Positions 37,176 through 47,344 of a stretch of DNA of 64,000 nt are shown here, piece by piece (position 1 is the stretch's first letter; each line of letters starts with the position of its first letter). This DNA comes from Blastocladiella emersonii ATCC 22665 (Eukaryota; Fungi; Blastocladiomycota), in the NCBI GenBank assembly GCA_025594325.1, contig JANHCV010000008.1:1488001-1552000 (forward strand). Direction: 5' to 3'. The position numbers and the translations under genes are program-made. The notes below the pieces were generated by a model. The model had not been told where the DNA came from and did not search any database. It was given only the letters and a program-made list of their open reading frames with translations.

Positions 37176-40100
37176 ATGGCGACTTTTTCGCGTATGTAAC
37201 TGCATGCATTAAGCGCTTTAAACGTCAGTTGACCTCTCACTTCTTGTATTATGCTCGCGTCCTCGAAGTGGAGTCAGCGGTCGCCCTGGTCGACCTGCTT
37301 GCCAGGCACCATGCCTCGCCCGTTGTGTTCAGCTCGACAGAGACCGGTAGCACGGTCGAATCAGTGTCTCTTCATGGATTCCCGAGTCCGACTTGCGCCC
37401 TTGACCCAGCACTCGCTGAGTTACTCTCACAGGCGGTAGTCGCCAGTTTGCCTCAGCGCCACAGAAAGCGCATCTTTGTCGCGCCCGTAAACCTCCTCGA
37501 GGGTTCGTTTGCCAACCTTCGCCAAGGTGATGCCCAACCCGGTACCGCCAACTTGCGCGAATCGACTCCGCTTTCTCGCTTGCTCATTGATGCTGTACGC
37601 GACGCGTGCGACCTCGTCGTGTTCCCTTGCGTGCACGAGAATCGTGTTGCTTTCACTTTGGTGAGCCTTCACCGCGAGTCTGGTGTCGGGGAAACTGACT
37701 TTTGCGTGTTCCGCGCGGGGCACCCGGTCGGTGGTAATTTCGACGACCTCTTGCGTGGTGTGCTCGGAGCCGCGGTCGATGGCCAACCAGCTGCTTACTT
37801 CATGGAACCTCGAGAGTCGTGGACGGATGCGGCCGGCTTCCACCACGGGCTTCGCAGGTTTTGCAAGCATGTGGAGTCCGTGCACTTGGACATGTACGCG
37901 GGCGAAGACCCGCTCCAAGCACTTGGATTGGACGAAGTAACGCTGGACCAGCAGATCGAGGCCTTCGTTGTAATCCTTCCTCGGCTTGTCGATTTCGCTG
38001 AGCGGGTTCGGCCTCTTGATGCGCAGCTCCCGGCGAGGGTGAGCGAGTTCCTTGGCGTTGACGCAATTGAAGTTCCGACCACTTTCGCGGATGGCAACTC
38101 GACTGGCACGGCGTCGTTGGACACTGACGTGTACGGGATTCTTACAGGCACGGCTCCTACTCTCTTCTCGATCCGCGTCAGTCTTCCATGAGTTGGCCTT
38201 GACCCGCTCGTCCTCGTAGACGATGGCGGAAGACGCGCTTCGGCCCCTGCCCCCGAGCCCGCTGTCGTATCGATTTTCGCGTCCAGCGAGCCCGCTTCCG
38301 ATCGAGTCGACCTTCTTCAACCCGCAGCCAGCGCCATCAACGCTACGAGCGCAACTGCAGCACCTGCTCAGCGGATTGCGGATTATTTTCTGACTGCTGC
38401 GCGAACAGATCCGGCTGTCAGCGATTTCCGCGCATGGCAGGCCGACGATGGTCTCTTGACGCGGCTCTTTTTACGCGACAGCAGTGGTCGAGCGTGTATC
38501 GCCTCGATCACGCCTTTCACGGGCTCAGTTGACAGTAACACAAACTTGGCTGCGTTTGACCGCGTTACGACCGCTATTTCCAAACCCGATGAGCACGCAG
38601 GCCATCGCGCACCCGCGCATAACGCCACAACAGCGCAGTTGTCAGCGCCGTCGAGTCTGTTGTCAATCGCGCAGGCTTCAGCGACTGATCCTGTTGCCTT
38701 ATCACATCAACCGCTGATTGGGTCGAGCGGTGCTGCCTTGGCACTCGACGATAATAATTTAGCTAGTTTGCGCAGCTACTACCAGAGCAATCCGTACCTT
38801 GCGTGGCACGTTGCTTCGAAGGTCGGCGGGCCACCATGGACCTTTTTTTTGTGGTCTCAGGCCTACGCCAACTGGGTACGCATTGGTCGACCGTGGCTTC
38901 AAAAATCGCCGAGCTGACTCGCTGTGCCTTCGGTAGCCGTTCCCGCCAGCGACTCAGAGCACGCTGAACCATCCGAACCAGGAGCCGCGCTTCCTCTTAC
39001 CGCACGCCGAGCCGCTTGCCATTCAGCCAATTAATTCGGCAAACTGCATCGCTGCGGCTGAGTCAACCCACCGTGTCCTGGTGGCAACTGACTCCCGCTC
39101 CGTTCCAGCACCGCAGGTTTTGAATCCCGCTTTTATGTTGTCATCAACTATGGCGCAGCTGCATGGCTTTGCCGGGCGCGTCAATCCACTACACGCTGTC
39201 CAGCCCACACCCATGGCTGCGGACGCGCTCGCCCCGCTCACGCATTGCCCCGCAGTAGTTCCGCCAAGCACCGAGCCGCTGTCAAAGCGGCTTCGATTGC
39301 ACAAACCTGACCCGGAGCAGAAATCCTCCAGCCCTTCTCATGCTTTGGCGCCACTTTTGGGACGCCCTCGCGTCATGACACGCGCCGCGGCTCGATCTTT
39401 GGTTGCAGCTCAGTCAATTGTGTCGTCAAGCACAACTGAGCACTTTGAGTCCGTAACACAGGCGGCCGAGTCCATGTCCGCTGACGCCGCGCGTTTGCTT
39501 TGTCTTTGTCCGACCACACACCCAGCGGCGTCTTTGAATGCAGTGTACATGCTTGTAGTGCTTCGTTCAGTTGACCGCGTCCTCGACGACCCAGCCACGC
39601 GCCGCCAGTTTGCCGAGATTCTTTGCGGGTATTCGGACACGGGCGGTGTTGACCTCTTTCCGCTGCTGCGCGAAGCGCGGCCCATTGAGGCTTACAAGGA
39701 CATCTGGACGATGGTCGGAACGGCGACGGGTGCGACGCTTCACTATCGCAGCGTTGAAGGTGCCGCGATCCGGATCACGCTTGCGGCCTTGCACCGGCTG
39801 ATTGTTGTTCTTGCTTGCGTCGCAGACAATCTTTCCGCGGCGTTCAACGTCGCTGCTGCCGCCGCCGTTCGAGTCCCGCTCGGCAACCCTAAGCTGCAAG
39901 TCATGCTCGCCATCAACCAACCGCAGCGCGATGAATGGAATCGCGTCCTCGCGTGGTTTTTGCAGGCCGTCTCGCCAGATGGTCTCGCCAACCTGCGGTT
40001 CAAGAAGCCGCAGGACCCAAAACCCGCAAGCAAAGGCCCGATTCCGCGCTGCTGCCTCGCCGACCTTTGGCACGCGCTTGACGCGCACCCGCTTACGTTA

Positions 40101-41655
40101 TTCCTGCCGCTTCTCCGACGCAACCCGATCATCAAGCAGTACCCGGCGTGTGCCGCCGCCGGCCACGTCTCGGCGAACATCTTCGCGCACTCGAGTTGTG
40201 CCGCTCACATGATTGCATGGGCCGATCCCGTGGTTGCAACGCGCGCCATGACGGCATCACATCAGATTGCCCAAACGCCTGGCATCGTGCCGGCTATCCG
40301 AGCCGTTCTCAAGGTTGCGTGCGCGAATATCGTATCGTCAGCAGTACTCCACCTCGGCGTCCGTCAACGCGCCGTCAGGTGGCACCACGTCGGGCAGCAC
40401 CACGTCCGGCAGCGTCACAACGCCGTCGGGACCCGCGGCGTCGGCCGTCGTCCAGGAGCTCGACATCAACCTGCAGGAGTGGGACGACGTCGGCAGCGAG
40501 TCCGACATGACTGTGGTTCCCGCGTCGTCGTCCGCCGTGACCAAGAACAAGAACATCACCAAGATCGTCGTCGACTCGGAGGCCGATGAGGAGGTCGACG
40601 CCGACGAGGAGGAGAGCGAGTGCGAGTTGGGCCCGTCGTCGTCGTCAAGCCGCGCGCGCAAGATGGCCACCAAGGCCAAGGGCCGCGACAAGAACAAGAC
40701 GGTCAAGACCCCGCCGGCCTCGCCCACCAAGCGTACCCACACGTCGGCCGTCAAGGGCAAGTCCGGCGCTGCCGTCCCTGCCGCCCAAGACGACGACGAG
40801 GCCGACGACGACGACTCGGCGACCCCGCCGGCCTCGCCGACCAAGCGCGCGCGTCGCGGTCCCGCCAAGGGCAAGGGCAAGGACCGCTCGGCCTGATCCT
40901 GATCCTGTTCCTTCCTTCGTTTCTTTCGAAAGTACTTCCGCTGTCTGATATATTCCAAACTCTTTTTCTTCCAACTGGTTACTACTCGAATTTGTGAGGT
41001 GCTCGTCGACTGGCGAGCTCAAAGAGTTTACCCCTGAACTCTGAGAACGCGTTTCAAAGACGCGTTGCGTGACGCGTTGCGTCGGCGCTCGCGTTTGTGT
41101 TCTCACAACGATGACCCTGAACAAGGTCATTGCCGACTTCGGCGACCCCAAGCTCCCGCATCGTTTTCCTGCCCGGTACCCGTACATGGTCCTCTCTCGA
41201 GCGCGCAGGACCGAGGACATCCTCATCATCAGGTTCAACAGTCGGGTTCTCGTGCAGAAGGCATTACAGCACGTGGCGAAGGACATGGAGCGACTGTCCC
41301 TGCTGAGCAGGATTGAGAATTGATAAACTACTTCACTTTCACCAACTGAAACAGTCTCAAGAAGCCAAGTAAAACTACAGCTGAGACCCAAGTGTGTGCG
41401 CAGCACACACACCTAGTGTTCTTGAAGGCCGAATCGCCCGGGCAGAAGGACGGGACCGGCGTCGCGGGTGTGATGAAACGCGTTCACGACGCCAACTGTC
41501 ATATCCGTTTGGCGCCCAGAACCATCGAGCTGTGCGGTTGGGACGATTTCAAGACGCGCCACGCAGCCGCATTTGAGTTCATTGCGAGCGGCGGTCCGCA
41601 GTCGACGCCTCCGGGAGGCGAGGAGACGAACGAGGACGCATCCGTTGTTGATTAG
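37176..41655 (+). pseudogene. Large tandem-array gene, copy alpha, split by Helitron H2
   Basis: Same exon 1 and intron as beta; in-frame TGA at 38189-38191 between the Ulp1-like part and the linker; intron 38876-38936 joins the linker in frame to ORF 39081; C-terminal homology (IELCGWDDFK) resumes at 41417. Confidence 0.7.
40330..41416 (+). mobile_element. Short non-autonomous Helitron H2
   Basis: 8-bp hairpin gtgtgtgc-gca-gcacacac (41392-41410), then CTAG (41413-41416)|T. Helicase motif VI remnant YPYMVLSRARR at about 41178-41210. The 5' A|TC at 40329/40330 restores the frame but omits ~13 codons seen in paralogs, so the 5' end is uncertain. Confidence 0.65.
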
Positions 41656-41957
41656 CGCAGCGCTACTGAGACGCGGTCTAGTCCAGAGTAGGATCGCTTT
41701 GTGCATGTTTTATGAGCGTCCAATATAAATATTCGTAATGGAACAAGCGTGAGAAAAACTGAACAAGACGCGTAGGGAAATCATGTCAATGTAATTTGAG
41801 CTGACGGCTCCCAATCAGTCAATTGTTTCCCGGCTCGAGTTCTGGGTTGCAAGTGTAACGATAACGCCGTCGGCTCAACGCCAATTTAGCATATCTTTCT
41901 TTTATTGACTTTTATGTTTGAGCTGCTCAATCAGCTGGGCGGACATATGGTGTACGA

Positions 41958-41980
41958 GACGCGACGAACTATCATGTGAC
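41958..41980 (+). promoter_or_regulatory. Bipartite motif GACGCG-N7-ATCATGTGAC with no intact gene downstream
   Basis: GACGCG ACGAACT ATCATGTGAC; the ATGs at 42052 and 42066 open only tiny frames. Confidence 0.55.
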
Positions 41981-42964
41981 GCCCACGTGAGGAAGGCAAG
42001 CACGTGAACAGCGTCGTTTCGCCGCGCTCGTCACCCCTCTCCTTTGCGACCATGTAAACGGCAGCATGGCAATTGATCAGAATTTAAATGCATTTTGAGA
42101 TATAGGTCGGAGATTCAACGTTATAAAAGCTAAACACTCTGTCACATCCATCCCCAGAGGATGGTCTCTGTCTCAAACGCCAACTTCATTTACCGTGAGC
42201 CGCTTCCTACATACTCAGAGTCTACATTTGACGTGGTGCGCGACAGGACGAACGCAGGGATTCAACGGTAATGCGTCCAGCGAGACAAACCTCTGCTCAT
42301 AAACACAACAGTGAGGTAATCGAAGATCTAGCGCAACAGGGAAAAGGGGTGAATGGTGATAGGAATCGAGCTCTGCGGGGCGTGAAAACAGGCGGCATAA
42401 GTGGAAGGCAAATGAGCCACAAACAGCGAGCAGTGTGGCACGCAACGGGGCAAAGGTGAAGGCCAAGTATAAAAGACGATTGACCGTTACTTGCAATCGA
42501 TTAGTGCGCTCACAAAGGAAAGCAAAGAGCAAGCAATCGCAGGAAAAGGAAAGAAAAAAGAGGCGTCTCGCGCACGGAGAAGACTCAGCTGGAGCGTAGC
42601 TCCAGCTGCAATTTCTGAAATCGTCCCAAAGACGGCGTGGTTTGGCAAATGAGAGGATGATAAAGAAGCCGAGCGGTTGGCGCATGCGATGGGACGGCGA
42701 TAAGCGTGTGTGTGTGTAGTTGCGGCGCGGCGGTGGTGATGCGGGGGCGGGGCTGGGGCCGGGTGTGAAAACGTGAGAAGCCGGCGCGTCTGGGTAATAG
42801 GAGGAGTAAAATATAGAGCCAAGCCGGGGAAGCTGCACATAAACTACTCTAGCAGGACGTGCGGCTTGTGGGAGCGTGCGTGTGGTGCGCCAGCCGTGCC
42901 CGCGCCGCGGCGCTTTCCAACTCATTCCCGATTTCGACTTTGGTGGCTCCCACAGGTGCATTTG

Positions 42965-43876
42965 AGTCGCGTCATCAACTCGGTTCGAGACATGTTCGCC
43001 GCCAGAGGCTGGGAGTTTGTGGCTTAGAATCTGCTCGCTAACTGAGGTAGACGCGATGCCCATTGGCGGATCCAAGATCCACGCCGTGTGCGGTATCGGT
43101 ACGACCGTTTCAGCAACCAAGTCGGTAATCAACGCAATCAAGAAGAATATGGAGTCTTTACGCCATGTCTACTTCATCCTCGTTGACAAAAGCTCCATGT
43201 TGGCACCGAACTCCTTGCCGCGGCGCATCGTGTTTGGAAGCGCTGTATCCGAGCCGCAACCATTGTCCATTTGGTGGCCTGCAAGTCCTCGCGGGGTTCG
43301 GCTACTTATTCCAGTTAGAGCCTGTCATGGCCCGCTCGCTCACGGTTCCATCCGAGCAGCTGGTCAATCGTGAACCAGAGCGCGAGGTGGATGCAGCTCA
43401 TGATGGAGACTTGGTGCAGGTCGACGGCGAGCCTCAGCAGCAGAAGAAGAAGCGCGGGTCGAAGCTTAAGGAGTGGCCAGCGGTCAGCAAAACTCGAACC
43501 AACGCCAACATTGGTCGCGATCAGTGGCTCGCCTTCGACTCGGTCTTTTCCCTTGTCCAGCAGATACAGCAGTCGACCGACGCGGAGTTCCTCAACGTGC
43601 TCCAGGACCTGCGCAACTGCAACGCCTCGCAGCGCGTGATCGAATTTCTTTGCTCGCGCCGAGCAAACGTTGTGTTGGGCCAGCATCCAGAGTGCATCGA
43701 CGATTGGAGCGACCAGGTCCTCAGCACGGCGCAAAACTCGGTGCGCGACGCGTGGAACTCGATGGCCGCCGCGACACACGCGCGTCGCCTCAGACTCAAA
43801 CCTGACAAGTTTTTCGACCTGGAATGCGTCTAGTCGCCTACTGCTGATACAGAGTGTGCAACGCACACACCCCCAG
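42965..43876 (+). mobile_element. Helitron H3: degraded PIF1 helicase plus 3' terminus (5' end not located)
   Basis: LSRVINSVRDMF, PIGGSKIHAVCGI, FILVDKSSML and PFGGLQVL..GYLFQLEPV resemble PIF1 motifs I-III. The last ~48 bp are near-identical to the H1 end, with hairpin 43854-43868 and CCAG|T. Confidence 0.75.
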
Positions 43877-44726
43877 TCGAGATAAAGATGGGATCAACCG
43901 AGAGGAATGCGAGAACACGCGGTTCATCCAAGGCAAACTGTGGCTGCGAGAGCACTTTGAGCGCGGGGAGTTGGAACGTAGCGAACGCAAGAAAGCCCGG
44001 GTAGTCGACGAACTGGGCGGGCTCGGACCACTCTGGGGCATCAAAGCCGTTCTCGTCCCATTTGTTGGCAGTGGGGTTCTCGGCGAGCAGGTTGAACAAG
44101 CAGAGCGCGTGCCACTCTCGCCATTGCAACCGGGTCACGAGTAGCGCAGGGCAGTGCTCAAGGAGGATAGCGGGGCAGCTGTTGAGGACAGCGACCCGGC
44201 CCGTGGAAACAGCGCACACGATGACGACAATGAAGGCTGGGAGCGGTTGCTCAAATGGCGAAAGATCGCGCTGACCCGTGACGCTCAAGATCAAGACTTA
44301 GAGTTTGACTTCCAACGCCGTAACGCCTTGCGCAGAGCGGGATTTCTGGTACGCGTAGTCGTCAAGACGCAGTCGTGTGATGTAAATGAGAAGCTCGCTG
44401 TGGTGCTGACGCATCCATCGGCATAGTACATACAACGCAAAGCCGACCGTATTCTTTGGAAGGCTGCCGAGTTGAGGCCAGCACAACAAGGATCGGCGGC
44501 ACTGCTCGCGGTGCGCCAGTGCCACGTGCGCAAGGCGGGAATGGAACCATATTTCACTGACCTCCCAGTCTGCCGACAAGAAGTGGAGCGAGCGTGATGC
44601 GGCTGCGAGTGTGGATCTCGGGTCCGCAATTTCCAGGACCAAGTCTAGCTATTTGCACGGCAGGTCGCCAAAGCCGCGCACATGATTCATTGACGCGTGT
44701 TGAGCGTATTGCATCAAGTGATTCAT
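43877..44726 (-). pseudogene. F-box-like family copy F4, truncated at the H3 3' end
   Basis: MNHLMQ...GDLPCK*LDLVLEIADPRSTLAAASR; in-frame TAG; homology to F1/F3 stops exactly at 43877. Confidence 0.8.
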
Positions 44727-44860
44727 GGCAGTGAGAATGCAGCGAACTCACAGGAGAGAGATTGATCAGAACGTGACGCGTCGACGCGTGCTCAAATTCG
44801 CGTGACGCGCCGCGGACAGTTCGCACTCCCCCCGCCGCCCACCAGCGATCACGGAAACAA

Positions 44861-46646
44861 ATGAAGCTGGCCCTCGCCGAGATCATCGAGAAAGTGCTCG
44901 TCCGCGCCGTGCACCTGCACGACGACCCCAACGACGTCGCGGGCCTGAGCGAGTATGCGCGCGTCCTGCCCGCGGACTTGATCCCGGGCGTCGTTCGAGC
45001 CATCTTGAAGCGCTCTCCTAAGCTGTCCATGGACACAGCGAGCACGCGCGGCGCCGTGAAGGTGCTCGACAAGTGGCGCGACTCGGGGCTTCCACTCGTC
45101 TGTCTACTCGCACGTGGCGCTCTCGGGCGCGAACGGCAAGTCGCTTGAGGCCATGGAGTGGTGGGGCCGCTCGGGTCTCCCGATCACGCACCCGCAGTGC
45201 CCAGGCGGTTCGACTATGGATGTGCTGAAGCGCCTCAACCTCGGCCAACTCGCCGCGCTCTTCCCCAGCTGCGTACGCTGACTCGTCACACTGATCGAGT
45301 CACGTCCACTCACACTCTCTCGACTGTCTAGCCTCGCCCTCCCGTGGAGGCGCCTTTCGTCTCCATCAACGACGCGGTGGCTGGCATCTCATCCGGCCAG
45401 CTGACCAAGGTCGCCTTCCGCAACGAGTACTTTTCGCTTGATGCCGTCGCGGCACTGAACGAGGCCATGGCGAGCCCGAACCAGGCGCTCCGCTCGCTCA
45501 AGCTTGAGCGCTGCGCCATCGACATGCCGCGCCTCATGCTGCTCCGCTTGCCCGAGTCGCTCACCAAGATTGAGTGGTCGCAGGGCTGGAGCGCGCCGCA
45601 TGCCGATCCCGGCCAACCCAAGTCGTGGTCGTGGCCGCCGCACCTCGAGTCGCTTTCCGTCACCTGGTCCACGCCGCGCGGGCACGCTTTGCTCCTCCTT
45701 TCGTCGCTTCCCTCGACCCTCACCTCGCTTTCGCTGTGCAACATCTCGCTCGAGCGCGACGCGTACCCGCACCTGGCTTCGCTCTCGCCCAGCATCACCA
45801 GTCTCGCCATGTCCAACTGCTTGCTCACGGACGACGCGTTCGCGGTGCTCTTCCCGCACCTGCCGCCCGGCCTGGTCTCGCTCAACATCAGCAACGACCA
45901 GCTCACCGCCACGCAGCTCGGCGCGCTTTACCACCATTTCCCGCCGACGCTTCGCTCGCTCGACTTGTCCGCGAACCATTTGGACCGCAAGACCAGCGAC
46001 GCGCCACTCGGCTGGTCGTTCCCCGCTGGGCTCGAGCGACTCGAGATGTCGTCTTGCACGCCATACGCGCAGGACCTTCCCGAACGCACCGGCACGCTTA
46101 GCGTTCCGCAACTCGAGCTCGCTGCGCTCATCGCGGCGTCGCTCCCGCCCAACCTCGTCTCGCTCGATCTCAGCGTCACGCCCCTGTGCGGCCAGCCCCA
46201 CTTTGACGTGTCCGAGGTGATCACGATGCTGCAGCTCCATTTCCACGAGGGCGGGGCGTCCTCCAATTACATGGCGCTTATCGCTTTGCGTCTGGCGCCC
46301 ACGCTGCGCGAGCTCAAAAAAAAACCTCAAGTGGACGTGCATTGGCGCCGCGGGCGCACAGCATCTCGCCGAGCACATGCCGCCGCAGCTCGAGTCGCTC
46401 GACTTGTCCCAGACGAATCTCGACGACGCCGCGATCCAGGCCCTCGCCCCCGCGCTGCCTCAGACGCTCAAAAAGGTGTGCGTGAACTGGAACCCGTTCA
46501 CCGACGTCGGCGCGTTGGTGCTCGCCGCATATCTTCCGAACGAGCTCGAGGAGCTTCGCGTGGATATCGTCGAGCTCAACGCCGAGTCGATTGAGCTGCT
46601 TCGCACCAAGGTCGCTGACGGCGGCACCTTCACGTCTGGCTTTTGA
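44861..46646 (+). pseudogene. LRR family copy L3 (closest to L1), two frameshifts
   Basis: 4-bp gtct duplication near 45100; intron about 45273-45330; frameshift in an A9 run at about 46316-46324. Confidence 0.8.
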
Positions 46647-46740
46647 TAAGCTATCTTGATCGCACCTCGAGTCAAGTCGTACAATACCACTCGGTATCCT
46701 CTCATCTATTCACTGCGTCGATCGTGCGCGCTACTCGCCC

Positions 46741-47344
46741 TCACTTGGGGTCCAGCGGAGTGCTAAAGTTGGGAAACAGCGGCGGCAGCACCGCGCGCTT
46801 GAGCTCCGATTTGAGGCCCGCAAACGACACGGCCGTGGTCGCCGCAAACGGCCGCGTGCCCGGCCCGGTCTGCGGGTACATGTTGATGTCCGGGATCGAC
46901 TGGTCGACCATGGCCGCGCTGCAGTACTCGAGATACTCGGCAGTTCGCATCAGCATGCTCGCCGGACCACTTGATGATCGGGAACAGCCGCTTGCACATG
47001 CGAAAGTACGCGGTTTCCGACATTTCAGCGACCTTGCGCAGCCGTTGCACGTTGGCGCGCGCGGCCGCAGTGCCTGTCGACTTAGACTGGAGCCCCGGCA
47101 CGTACAGGTTGCTGACATCAAGCGCGGGCGTGAGGCCCTCGGCCTTGCCCTGCGGCGGGATCACGACGGGGCGGTTCACGATTATGACGGCGATCAGCCC
47201 GCGCAGGGTCTCGGGACTGGCGAGCTTGATGGCACACGAGCCAACCATGCGGCCGCGGAGTCCATGATCTTGAATATGAGCGCCACGAACAGCTGCTGCT
47301 GCTGCTGCTCGTCGCCCTCGCCACGCCACGTCCCGTTCTGTCAT
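46741..47344 (-). pseudogene. Degraded ORF of unknown function
   Basis: Two overlapping protein-like frames joined by a frameshift near 46970, with a poly-Q stretch upstream; no recognisable motif. Confidence 0.3.

Noticed and set aside
40204-40213. Extra ATCATGTGA copy (minus strand)
   Set aside because: Inside coding sequence and lacks the GACGCG half at N7; consistent with chance.
42215-43141. 308-aa minus-strand ORF
   Set aside because: Low-complexity, partly antisense to the PIF1 remnant, crosses a T-rich tract; no motif.
3686-46646. Stop-codon reassignment or readthrough explaining the many single in-frame stops
   Set aside because: All three stop types occur and align to different residues in paralogs (W, E, K, D); frameshifts co-occur; intact genes end in TAA or TGA normally.
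3686-46646. RIP-like hypermutation as the cause of pseudogenisation
   Set aside because: Duplicates stay GC- and CpG-rich, and several stops need transversions (GAG to TAG, K codon to TAA); no evident C-to-T sweep. A formal dinucleotide index was not computed.
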